Shown: positions 1 to 9,475 of the stretch, in pieces
Layout of the letters: each line of letters begins with the position of its first letter
Numbering within the stretch: position 1 is the stretch's first letter
DNA from: Pseudomonadota bacterium
GTDB taxonomy: Bacteria > Pseudomonadota > Alphaproteobacteria > Geminicoccales > Geminicoccaceae
Length of the DNA stretch: 38,401 nucleotides
NCBI GenBank assembly: GCA_046727895.1
Contig: JBKPDM010000208.1
Coordinates: 1-38,401 of the forward strand
Reading direction: 5' to 3'
Program-made: the position numbers and the translations under genes
Notes under the pieces: model-generated
Told to the model about the DNA's origin: nothing
What the model saw: only the letters and a program-made list of their open reading frames with translations
Databases searched by the model: none

Positions 1-10
1 TTCCTGGAGA

Positions 11-180
11 CGCCAGTGACCGGGCTCCAATGACAGTGCTCCAATGACGGTGCTCCAATGACGGCGCTCCAATGACGGTGCTCCAATGACGGTGCTCCAA
101 TGACGGTGCTCCAATGACGGTGCTCCAATGACGGTGCTCCAATGACGGTGCTCCAATGACGGTGCTCCAATGACGGTGCT
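11..180. repeat. Head-to-tail 14-bp tandem repeat CTCCAATGACGGTG: 11 copies (25..178), a degenerate copy (11..24) and a partial copy (179..181). The last copy carries the hutF-like start codon.
   Basis: Counted directly. Units start at 25, 39, 53, ... 165. Copy 1 has G>A and copy 3 has T>C; the rest are identical. Positions 11..24 (cgccagtgaccggg) match 10/14. The ATG at 170 lies in copy 11. Confidence 0.95.
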
Positions 181-1540
181 CTGGGCCGAAACCGCGCTGT
201 TGCCGACCGGCTTCGCCACGGGTGTCCGGCTCGAGATCGACCGGCAGGGCGATCTCGCCGCGGTCCAGCCCGGGGCGAGCGCGGCCGGGGCCGAGCGGCT
301 CGCGGGCGTCGTCCTGCCCGGTATGGCGAATGTGCACAGCCACGCCTTCCAGCGCGCCATGGCCGGCCTCGCCGAGCGGCTCGAACCCGGCGAGGCGTCG
401 TTCTGGTCGTGGCGGGTCGTGATGTACCGCTTCCTGGAGCGGATCGGACCCGCCGAGCTCCGCGCGATCGCCGCTCAGCTCTACGTCGAGATGCTGGAGG
501 CGGGCTACAGCGCGGTGGGCGAATTCCATTACCTGCATCATCAGCCTGATGGCCGGCCCTACACCGATCCGGCCGAGCTGTCGCTCGCGATCCTCGAGGC
601 TGCGCAGGCGAGCGGGATCGGCCTGACCCTGCTGCCCGTCCTGTACATGGCCGGCGGCTTCGGCGGTCGCCCCGCTGAACCCGGGCAGCGCCGCTTCGTG
701 CACGATCTGAAGCATTTTGGCGCATTACTGGAGCGGTTGCACGCCACCCTTGGCGCGGACTTGCAGCATCGGCTCGGCATCGCGCCGCATTCCTTGCGCG
801 CGGTGCCGGACGCGGCGCTCGAGCAGGCGATCGCCCTGGTCGACCGGCTCGACCCGACCGCGCCGATCCACATCCACGTCGCCGAGCAGGCACGCGAGGT
901 GCGCGAATGCCTCGAATGGTGCTGCCGCCGCCCGGTCGCGCATCTGCTCGATATTGCCCCGGTCGGCCCGCGCTGGTGCCTGATCCACGCCACCCACATG
1001 GACGACGACGAGACGACGGACCTCGCGCGACGCGGCGCGGTCGCCGGTCTTTGCCCGACCACCGAGGCCAATCTCGGCGATGGCCTGTTCAATCTGGCCG
1101 CCTTTCTCGAGGCTGGCGGGCGGTTCGCCATCGGCTCGGACAGCCACGTCTCGATCAGCCCGATCGAGGAGCTGCGCTGGCTGGAATATGGCCAGCGGCT
1201 GAACACGCTGCGCCGGCTGATCGCGGCGAGCACGACCGAGCCGCATTGCGGCGCGAGGCTCTGGCGGGCGGCGCTCGAGGGCGGCGCGCAGGCGCTCGGC
1301 CGCAGAATTGGCCGGCTCGCGCCGGGCTGCCGGGCCGATCTGCTCCGGCTCGATCCCGAGCATTCGATCCTCGCGGGCCGGCACAGCGAGGTTCTGCTTG
1401 ACAGCCTGGTGTTCTCGGGTAACGCCAATCCGGTGCGGGAGGTCATGGTCGGCGGCCGCTGGCTGGTGCGCGACGGCCGGCACATCGAGCGCGAGCGCAT
1501 CGACGCCGCCTACCGAATGGCGGTCGCGCGGCTCAAGTGA
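170..1540 (+). CDS. hutF: Formimidoylglutamate deiminase-like amidohydrolase (HutF family)
   Basis: 456-aa ORF. The N-terminus MTVLWAETALLP and the motif PGMANVHSHAFQRAMAGLAE match my recollection of HutF. Amidohydrolase HxH, HIHVAEQ and GSDSH motifs are present. No search run. Confidence 0.75.
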   Translation: MTVLWAETALLPTGFATGVRLEIDRQGDLAAVQPGASAAGAERLAGVVLPGMANVHSHAFQRAMAGLAERLEPGEASFWSWRVVMYRFLERIGPAELRAIAAQLYVEMLEAGYSAVGEFHYLHHQPDGRPYTDPAELSLAILEAAQASGIGLTLLPVLYMAGGFGGRPAEPGQRRFVHDLKHFGALLERLHATLGADLQHRLGIAPHSLRAVPDAALEQAIALVDRLDPTAPIHIHVAEQAREVRECLEWCCRRPVAHLLDIAPVGPRWCLIHATHMDDDETTDLARRGAVAGLCPTTEANLGDGLFNLAAFLEAGGRFAIGSDSHVSISPIEELRWLEYGQRLNTLRRLIAASTTEPHCGARLWRAALEGGAQALGRRIGRLAPGCRADLLRLDPEHSILAGRHSEVLLDSLVFSGNANPVREVMVGGRWLVRDGRHIERERIDAAYRMAVARLK

Positions 1541-1553
1541 GGGCAAAGGCGGG

Positions 1554-2301
1554 ATGGCCGGCGAGTACATCATCGAGACGCGCGACCTGACCAAGGAGTT
1601 CAAGGGCTTCACCGCGGTCAGCGAGGTCAACCTCAAGGTCCGGCGCGGCTCGATCCACGCGCTGATCGGCCCGAACGGCGCCGGCAAGACGACCGTGTTC
1701 AACCTGCTCACCAAATTCCTCGAGCCGACCCGCGGCCAGATCCTCTACGACGGCCGTGACGTCACCCGCGGCCGGCCGGCCGAACTCGCCCGCGAGGGTA
1801 TGGTGCGCTCGTTCCAGATCTCGGCGACCTTCCCGCACCTCAGCGTGCTCGAGAACGTGCGGGTCGCGCTGCAGAGGAAGCTTGGTACCTCGTTCCACTT
1901 CTGGCGCTCGCAGGCGAGCCTGGACGTGCTGAACGAGCGGGCAGAGGAGCTGATCGAGGCGGTCGGGCTGGCCGGCTTCGAGAGCAGCCCGGCGGGCGAG
2001 CTGCCCTATGGCCGCAAGCGGGCGCTCGAGATCGCCACCACGCTCGCCCTCGAGCCTAAGATGATGCTGCTCGACGAGCCGACCGCCGGCATGGGCCACG
2101 AGGACGTCGGCCGCATTGCCGAGCTGATCAAGAAGGTCGCGGCTCAGCGCACGGTGCTGATGGTCGAGCACAATCTCTCGGTGGTCGCCGATCTGTCCGA
2201 TGTCATCACCGTGCTGCAGCGCGGCCAGATCCTCGCCGAAGGCAGCTACGAGGACGTGTCGAGCAACCCCGAGGTACGCGAGGCCTACATGGGGACGGGC
2301 C

Positions 2302-2309
<8 letters not shown>
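1554..2309 (+). CDS. ABC transporter ATP-binding protein, LivG-like (HAAT family)
   Basis: Walker A GPNGAGKTT and Walker B MMLLDEPTAGM. C-terminal EAYMG is typical of LivG-type ATPases. I moved the start to ATG 1554 (MAGEYIIETRDL), in frame with ORF 1308..2309 and just after the hutF stop. Confidence 0.9.
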
Positions 2310-3024
<715 letters not shown>

Positions 3025-3057
3025 CCACGCTGCACGCGCCAGCCAGAGGGAGGTCAC

Positions 3058-4266
3058 ATGAACATCAAGGTATTGGGCGCCTGCGCGGGCGCCGTCGCTC
3101 TGCTCAGCGGCACCGCTCACGCGGAGATTTCGGGCAACGCGATCAAGATCGGCGTGATGAACGACCAGTCCGGGCTGTACGCGGATCTGGCCGGCCAGGG
3201 CTCGGTCGAGGCGGCGAAGATGGCGGTCGAGGACTTCGGCGGCAGCCTGGATGGCGCCTCGATCGAGGTGCTCTCGGCCGATCACCAGAACAAGCCCGAT
3301 GTCGGCTCCAACATCGTGCGGCAGTGGATCGACGTCGACGGGGTCGATGCGGTGGTCGACGTGCCGACCTCGTCGGTCGCGCTCGCGGTCAATGAGATCA
3401 CCAAGGAGAAGAACCGGATCTTCCTGGTCTCCGGCGCGGCGACGACCCAGCTGACCAACGAGGCCTGCTCGCCGACCACGGTGCACTGGACCTACGACAC
3501 CTACGCGCTCGCAGTCGGCACCGGCCGGGCGCTGGTGCAGGAGGGCGGCGACACCTGGTTCTTCATCACCGCCGATTACGCCTTCGGTCACCAGCTCGAA
3601 GCCGATACCACGCGCGTGGTCAAGGAGGAGGGCGGTCAGGTCCTTGGCTCGGTCGCCCACCCGCTGAGCAGCGCCGACTTCTCCTCCTATCTGTTGCAGG
3701 CGCAGGGCTCGGGCGCCAAGGTGATCGGCCTGGCGAACGCCGGCACGGACACCACCAATTCGATCAAGCAGGCGCACGAGTTCGGCATCACCGATGCCGG
3801 GCAGCAGCTTGCGGCGCTGCTGCTGTTCCTCACCGACGTCAACGCGCTCGGCCTCGACGTCGCCAAGGGCCTGGTGCTGACGACCGGCTTCTACTGGGAC
3901 ATGAACGACGAGACCCGCGCCTGGTCGCAGCGCTTCAACGAGCGGGTCGGTCAGATGCCGACCATGGTGCAGGCCGGCGTCTATTCGGCGGTTATGCACT
4001 ATCTGCAGGCGATCAAGGCGGCGGGTACCGACGAAGCCAAGGCGGTGATGGCCAAGATGAAGGCGACCCCGGTCAACGACTTCTTCGCCAAGAACGGCAA
4101 GATCCGCGACGACGGCGTCATGGTCCACGACATGTATCTGGCGCAGGTCAAATCGCCGGACCAGTCCAAGGGCAAGTGGGACTATTACAAGATCCTGCGG
4201 ACCATCCCGGGCGATAAGGCGTTCCAGCCGCTCTCGACGAGCAAGTGCCCGCTGGTCAAGCAGTGA
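3058..4266 (+). CDS. ABC transporter periplasmic substrate-binding protein (Leu/Ile/Val-binding-protein fold, type I PBP)
   Basis: Signal peptide MNIKVLGACAGAVALLSGTAHA, then IKIGVMNDQSGLYADLAG, typical of the LivK/amide-urea-binding family. An AGGGAGG RBS precedes ATG 3058. Confidence 0.88.
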   Translation: MNIKVLGACAGAVALLSGTAHAEISGNAIKIGVMNDQSGLYADLAGQGSVEAAKMAVEDFGGSLDGASIEVLSADHQNKPDVGSNIVRQWIDVDGVDAVVDVPTSSVALAVNEITKEKNRIFLVSGAATTQLTNEACSPTTVHWTYDTYALAVGTGRALVQEGGDTWFFITADYAFGHQLEADTTRVVKEEGGQVLGSVAHPLSSADFSSYLLQAQGSGAKVIGLANAGTDTTNSIKQAHEFGITDAGQQLAALLLFLTDVNALGLDVAKGLVLTTGFYWDMNDETRAWSQRFNERVGQMPTMVQAGVYSAVMHYLQAIKAAGTDEAKAVMAKMKATPVNDFFAKNGKIRDDGVMVHDMYLAQVKSPDQSKGKWDYYKILRTIPGDKAFQPLSTSKCPLVKQ

Positions 4267-4298
4267 TCTGATCGGCTGAGCCGGCCGGGAGGGCGGGC

Positions 4299-5186
4299 AT
4301 GGTCGGGATTTTCGGGGTACCTTCGGCGGTGCTGTTCGGTCAGCTCCTGCTGGGGCTGATCAACGGCTCGTTCTATGCGCTGTTGAGCCTCGGTCTGGCG
4401 GTGATCTTCGGCATGCTCAACGTGATCAACTTCGCGCATGGCGCGCAGTACATGATGGGCGCGTTCGCCGCCTTCTTCCTGCTGCAGTACCTCGGCATCG
4501 GCTACTGGCCCGCCCTCCTGATCGCGCCGCTGATCGTCGGCGCGATCGGCATCGTGATCGAGAAGACCATGCTCTCCCGGCTGTATCGCCTCGATCACCT
4601 CTACGGCCTGCTGCTGACCTTCGGCCTCGCGCTGATCATCGAGGGCGTATTCCGCAATTACTACGGCTCGTCCGGCCGGCCCTATCCGATCCCGCCCTCG
4701 CTGTCCGGCGGCTACAATCTGGGCTTCATGTTCCTGCCGGCCTATCGGGGCTGGGTGGTGGTCGCCTCGCTGATCCTCTGTCTCGGCACCTGGTTCCTGA
4801 TCGAGCGGACGCGGCTCGGCGCGTATCTTCGAGCCGGCACCGAGAACCCGATCCTGGTGCGCGCGTTCGGGATCAACGTGCCGGTGCTGATGACCTTGAC
4901 CTATGGCTTCGGCGTGGCGCTGGCGGCCTTCGCCGGGGTGCTGGCGGCGCCGATCTATCAGGTCAACCCGCTGATGGGCTCGGACCTGATCATCGTCGTG
5001 TTCGCCATCGTGGTGATCGGCGGCATGGGCTCGATCTTGGGCTCGATCGTGACCGGCCTCGGGCTCGGCATCGTCGAGGGCCTGACCAAGGTCTTCTATC
5101 CCGAGGCCTCGAGCACGGTGGTCTTCGTGGTCATGGTGATCGTGCTTTTGACCAGGCCGGCCGGCCTGTTCGGGAGGACGGCGTGA
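4299..5186 (+). CDS. Branched-chain-amino-acid-type ABC transporter permease, LivH-like
   Basis: 295-aa polytopic membrane protein. LNVINFAHGAQYMMGAF is typical of LivH. Operon position fits. Confidence 0.88.
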   Translation: MVGIFGVPSAVLFGQLLLGLINGSFYALLSLGLAVIFGMLNVINFAHGAQYMMGAFAAFFLLQYLGIGYWPALLIAPLIVGAIGIVIEKTMLSRLYRLDHLYGLLLTFGLALIIEGVFRNYYGSSGRPYPIPPSLSGGYNLGFMFLPAYRGWVVVASLILCLGTWFLIERTRLGAYLRAGTENPILVRAFGINVPVLMTLTYGFGVALAAFAGVLAAPIYQVNPLMGSDLIIVVFAIVVIGGMGSILGSIVTGLGLGIVEGLTKVFYPEASSTVVFVVMVIVLLTRPAGLFGRTA

Positions 5187-6148
5187 TGCGGGTCGCGGCC
5201 CCGGCCCAGACGCGCTCCGGCGCCCCGACGCTCAGCCTCGTCCTGATCGGCCTCCTGATCGGGCTCGGGCTGGTCGCACCGTTCGCGGTCTACCCGATCT
5301 TCCTGATGAAGGCGCTCTGCTTCGCCCTGTTCGCCTGCGCCTTCAACCTGCTGCTCGGCTTCGTCGGGCTGCTGTCGTTCGGCCACGCCGTGTTCTTCGG
5401 CTCGGCTGCCTACATCACCGGGCACACGGCCAAGGTCTGGGGCTGGTCGCCGGAGCTGGCGATCCTCGCCGGCACGGCGGTGGCCGCGCTGCTGGGCGTG
5501 GTGTTCGGCTGGCTCGCGATCCGTCGCACCGGCATTTACTTCGCGATGATCACGCTGGCGCTCGCCCAGATGATCTACTTTTTTGTCCTGCAGGCGCCGT
5601 TCACCGGCGGCGAGGACGGCCTGCAGGCGATCCCGCGCGGCCGCCTGTTCGGCATCGTCGACCTCGCGCAGATGTTGAACATGTACTACGTCACGCTCGC
5701 GGTGTTCGTGTTCGGCTTCCTCGTGATCTATCGCACCGTGCACTCGCCGTTTGGCCAGGTGCTCAAGGCGATCCGCGAGAACGAGCCGCGCGCGATCTCG
5801 CTCGGCTACAAGGTCGACCAGTACAAGCTCCTGGCGTTCGTGCTGTCGGCAGCGCTCTCCGGCCTCGCCGGGTCGACCAAGGCGGTGGTGTTCCAGTTCG
5901 CCTCGCTGACCGACGTGCACTGGCAGACCTCGGGTGAGGTCGTGCTGATGACCCTGCTCGGCGGCATGGGCACGATCTTCGGCCCGGTGGTCGGCGGCTT
6001 CGTCGTCGTGTCGTTGCAGAACTATCTCGCCCAGTTCGGCGGCTGGGTGACGGTGATCACCGGCGCGATCTTCGTCGCCTGCGTGCTGCTGTTCCGGCGC
6101 GGTATCGTCGGCGAGCTGGCCCGCATCTTTCGCCTCGAGGGCATTTGA
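5183..6148 (+). CDS. Branched-chain-amino-acid-type ABC transporter permease, LivM-like
   Basis: Polytopic membrane protein. GLLSFGHAVFFGSAAY and AIRENEPRAISLGY are LivM-like. The GTG 5183 / ATG 5186 start overlaps the LivH-like stop. Confidence 0.88.
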   Translation: MMRVAAPAQTRSGAPTLSLVLIGLLIGLGLVAPFAVYPIFLMKALCFALFACAFNLLLGFVGLLSFGHAVFFGSAAYITGHTAKVWGWSPELAILAGTAVAALLGVVFGWLAIRRTGIYFAMITLALAQMIYFFVLQAPFTGGEDGLQAIPRGRLFGIVDLAQMLNMYYVTLAVFVFGFLVIYRTVHSPFGQVLKAIRENEPRAISLGYKVDQYKLLAFVLSAALSGLAGSTKAVVFQFASLTDVHWQTSGEVVLMTLLGGMGTIFGPVVGGFVVVSLQNYLAQFGGWVTVITGAIFVACVLLFRRGIVGELARIFRLEGI

Positions 6149-6194
6149 GGCGCCCCCGCGGCCACCACCACGTGGCGCTCTGCCCTGGAGATCG

Positions 6195-7112
6195 GTGGAG
6201 GTGACGTTCGACGCCTGCGTGATCGGCCACGTGGTGCGCGATCTCAACGTGATCGCCGGCGTCGAGCGGCCGCCCGCCCCGGGCGGCGCCGCCTACTATT
6301 CGAGCATGGTCTATCGCAGCCTCGGTCTTCGGACTTTGATCCTGACCAAGGTTGCGCCTGAGGATGAGGATCTGCTGCTTGGCGATCTGCGCGCGCGCGG
6401 CGCCGAGGTGATCAACCTTGGAACGAAGCGCTCGACCGTGTTCCGCAACATCGACACGCCCGATGGTGGTGGCCGCGTCCAGAAGGTCGATGCGGTGGCC
6501 GACCCGATCCGTGCCGACGAGCTGCCGCCGCTCGAGGCGCGCGTCCGCCAGCTCGGGCCCCTGACCAGCGGCGACCTCGAGCCCGGGATCATCGAAAGCT
6601 GCGCGCGCACCGGTGGCCTGGTCGCCATCGATGTGCAGGGGCTGACCCGCGCCGTGCGTGACGGCGCGGTGCGGGCCGAGGGGCCCGCGCGTCTGCCCGA
6701 CGATCTGGCGCTGCTCGACATCCTCAAAGCCGATGAGGCGGAGATCCTGACCTTCGCGGGCGAAGCCGACCCCGAAGCCGCGATCGCCCGGGTGCGGGCG
6801 GCCGGCGTGGGCGAGGTGCTGATCACCAAAGCGAGCCGCGGCTCGACCATCTACGGGCCCGGGGAATCGATCGAGATCGCGCCGGTCGCGCCGCGCTGCA
6901 AGGTCGATCCGACCGGCTGCGGCGACACTTATCTCGCGGCCTATCTCGCGGCCCGGCTCGAGAGCCCGGACCTGCGCCGCTGCGGCCTCTTCGCCGCGAC
7001 CGCCGCCGCGCTCAAAATGGAGAGCTTCGGCGCGCTCCGCACCGACCTGGCCGCGATCCTCGCCCGCCGGCCGCCCGCCGGCCCCGCTGGTGCCGGTCCG
7101 AGCCGGAACTGA
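6195..7112 (+). CDS. PfkB-family carbohydrate/nucleoside kinase
   Basis: 305 aa with a GTG start. The C-terminal motif DPTGCGDTYLAAYLA is the PfkB DTxGAGD-type anion hole. The ribokinase-like fold is inferred. Confidence 0.78.
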   Translation: MEVTFDACVIGHVVRDLNVIAGVERPPAPGGAAYYSSMVYRSLGLRTLILTKVAPEDEDLLLGDLRARGAEVINLGTKRSTVFRNIDTPDGGGRVQKVDAVADPIRADELPPLEARVRQLGPLTSGDLEPGIIESCARTGGLVAIDVQGLTRAVRDGAVRAEGPARLPDDLALLDILKADEAEILTFAGEADPEAAIARVRAAGVGEVLITKASRGSTIYGPGESIEIAPVAPRCKVDPTGCGDTYLAAYLAARLESPDLRRCGLFAATAAALKMESFGALRTDLAAILARRPPAGPAGAGPSRN

Positions 7113-7152
7113 TCCTCTGCCTTTCGCTCGATTGAAGGTCGGTCGCCAATGA

Positions 7153-7404
7153 TCAATGCGCCACCGCAGCGAGAACCTGGCCGACCACCTGGAGCAACGC
7201 GCTTGCTGCCGCGAGCACCTTGCCCACGTCCTTGATGTCCGTGAGTGCGCCCTGGACGCCGGCAATCGCGGCGTTCAACGGCGTCCGACAGGCATCGATG
7301 TTCGTCTGAATTTGCGCAAGCTGCACATTCTCGAGCTGGGCGATGCGGGCGTCGAGCAGAATCCGAAGATCCGAGTTTCTGTCCTTGCTCCGCTGCGCTC
7401 GCAT
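7153..7404 (-). CDS. Small alpha-helical hypothetical protein, possibly the 3' part of a frame-split gene beginning at GTG 7504
   Basis: 83-aa ORF with strong GC3 bias (ILLDARIAQLENVQLAQIQTNIDA...). A second frame starting at GTG 7504, behind an AAAGGAA RBS, shows good coding bias for about 35-45 codons and then degenerates. See findings. Confidence 0.5.
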   Translation of the reverse strand: MRAQRSKDRNSDLRILLDARIAQLENVQLAQIQTNIDACRTPLNAAIAGVQGALTDIKDVGKVLAAASALLQVVGQVLAAVAH

Positions 7405-7546
7405 CCATCATCTGGATCTGCCAGTCGGCAGAGGTCAGCTTGTTCCTCAGCGCCTGAAGCTGGGCGAGCGTCTTGTCTTTGAGGTCTGGAGTGCTGTTGG
7501 CCACGAATCGGTTCCTTTCACCTCGATGCGAGAAGTTCGCGTGGCG

Positions 7547-8455
7547 TCAGGACGCGGGTGGTGTCGTGCCCCTGAGCGCCTTGACCAAGGCCGCCAGGCG
7601 ATCGACATCCTCTGCCAGCTGGGCGAACAGGCTGCTGGAGCGGCTGCCGCCGGCCATGGCAATGAACGAGGTCTTGAGGTTCGCTGCCGCCGAGGCCGCG
7701 GCACTGAGCGCCGCCACCGACTGGTTCCGGCTGCCGGCGGTCAGAGCATTCGCCCGCAGGGTCTTCCAGTCCGAGGGCAACGGGTTGCTCGTCAGGTAGG
7801 GCTCGATCACGCTCTTGAATTCCTGCTGCTGCTGCTCGGCCGCCAGCTCCGAGCGAAGGTCGCTCGCCACGGCCTGCAGAAAAGCCCGCTGCAGCTCGAT
7901 CGTCCTGACGATGTCATCGCCGTGCGCGCGCAGCTCCCGCTCCACCGCGGCGCTGCGGAACGCTCCCACGATCAGGGGCGTGACCGAGCCGGTCAGGCTG
8001 GCCACGGATCGACCGTCGATCTCGTAGCTGGCGACGTTCTTGTCGAGCTCGCCCATCTGCTTGACCAGCATTTGCGCCTCGGCGCCGATCGCACTGTCGC
8101 CGCTGGTATCCTCGAGCGCCGCGAGCGCGACAAAATAGGACTTGAGCAGCTGGGCCTGGCTGGCGACGTCGGCGAAGATCTTCGCGCGCTCCTGGTAAGC
8201 GCTGTCGGCTTCGAGCAGGGCCGTCTTTCTGGCATCGGCCGAGGCGCTCGCGTGCGCCGCGATCAGCGTATCGGAGTTGGACGCGATCGCGGCATCCAGA
8301 GCGCCGTTCAGCACGGGCGGTACGCTCTCGGCGAACTTGATCCCCGAGTGGGCCACCGACTGGACCTCGGCCGGCGGTGGCGCGATCGCGCACCCGGCCA
8401 AAGTGAGAATCGACAGAACGATGGCGATCGATGCTTTCGCGGCGCTCTCGGTCAT
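7547..8455 (-). CDS. Hypothetical lipoprotein, Ala-rich and predicted all-helical
   Basis: The N-terminus MTESAAKASIAIVLSILTLAGCAIAPP carries a lipobox (LAGC). I recognise no family. Confidence 0.7.
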   Translation of the reverse strand: MTESAAKASIAIVLSILTLAGCAIAPPPAEVQSVAHSGIKFAESVPPVLNGALDAAIASNSDTLIAAHASASADARKTALLEADSAYQERAKIFADVASQAQLLKSYFVALAALEDTSGDSAIGAEAQMLVKQMGELDKNVASYEIDGRSVASLTGSVTPLIVGAFRSAAVERELRAHGDDIVRTIELQRAFLQAVASDLRSELAAEQQQQEFKSVIEPYLTSNPLPSDWKTLRANALTAGSRNQSVAALSAAASAAANLKTSFIAMAGGSRSSSLFAQLAEDVDRLAALVKALRGTTPPAS

Positions 8456-8843
8456 CTTTCTCGCTCAGTTGGTTTGCTGGATTTCGACATCCAGTTGTGG
8501 TTTTTCGACGACCTATTCGCGTCTGAAGCCGGAAGCTGATCGTCCGGCTATGTCGAAATTCAGAAACCGAAAGGTTACGCTGCCCCGACACGACAGGCAA
8601 CCCGAGAGACATGTTTCTGAAGACGCGCGCTTGACACCTGTGCGACGTGGACCAGGATGACCACTCACCTGGCGTAGCGGCGCTCTGTGGGACCGTATGG
8701 GCAATATCGGTTGCTGGAATACCGTGATGCGCGAGAATGACTATCTGATCGCGCGTTGGAACGAGTTCATCGTGGCCTGACCTCTCCGGGCCGAAGCGAC
8801 GGCGGGTGCTGTCGGTGGCAGCGTTTTTGAAAGGAGAAGCCGG

Positions 8844-9467
8844 ATGGCTGAGAACGACTGGCGCGTGGCAGGCGACTATTTCGAGACCTGCAATTGCAAT
8901 TTTCTCTGCCCCTGCATCCACAGCAACATGGTCGCACCGCCGACCAACGGCGAGTGCAAGGTGGCGATGGTGTACCACATTATCGAGGGCCATCACGGCG
9001 CAACGTCCCTCGACGACCTGTCGTTCGTTCTGGTTGCGTGGACGCGGGGTCCGATGATCGAGGGCGACTGGACCGTCGGGATCATCGTCGATGACCGGGC
9101 GAGCGACGCCGAGCGTGACGCGGTCGTTGCCATCGCGTCCGGCCAAGCGGGCGGCCCCATGGCCGTGCTGGCCTCCCTGGTCGGCACCTTCGCCGGCGTC
9201 GAGAGGCGTCCGATCCGAATCGAGAAGGACGGGCTCGGCCGCAAGGTCTCGATCCCCGGCGTGCTGGAAGAAGGCCTGACCGGCCTGCCCTCGCCGGCGG
9301 ATCCGGCGCAGCCGATCGTGATCGATCAGACGGCGCACCCGGCCAACGCCCGGCTGGCGCTGGCCAGGGCCACCCACAGCCATCTGCACGCCTTCGGCAT
9401 CGACTGGGACGACCAGAGCGGACGCAACAACGGCCACTTCGCCCCGTTCAGCTGGCGATCAGACTAG
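8844..9467 (+). CDS. DUF1326 domain-containing protein
   Basis: The N-terminal motif WRVAGDYFETCNCNFLCPCI is the hallmark Cys cluster of DUF1326 as I recall it. An AAGGAG RBS lies at 8831..8836. Confidence 0.78.
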   Translation: MAENDWRVAGDYFETCNCNFLCPCIHSNMVAPPTNGECKVAMVYHIIEGHHGATSLDDLSFVLVAWTRGPMIEGDWTVGIIVDDRASDAERDAVVAIASGQAGGPMAVLASLVGTFAGVERRPIRIEKDGLGRKVSIPGVLEEGLTGLPSPADPAQPIVIDQTAHPANARLALARATHSHLHAFGIDWDDQSGRNNGHFAPFSWRSD

Positions 9468-9475
9468 GCGGCCCG

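Noticed and set aside
25-178. The tandem repeat as a CRISPR array or a protein-coding repeat
   Set aside because: The units are contiguous with no spacers and only 14 bp long, so this is not a CRISPR array. Each frame is closed by the TGA in every unit, so it is not a coding repeat.
6941-7504. The 187-aa ORF taken at face value as one protein
   Set aside because: Only about the first 35-45 codons look coding. The remainder is Arg/Gly/Pro-rich, overlaps the 3' end of the convergent PfkB gene, and is out-competed by the well-biased +1 frame (7153..7404).
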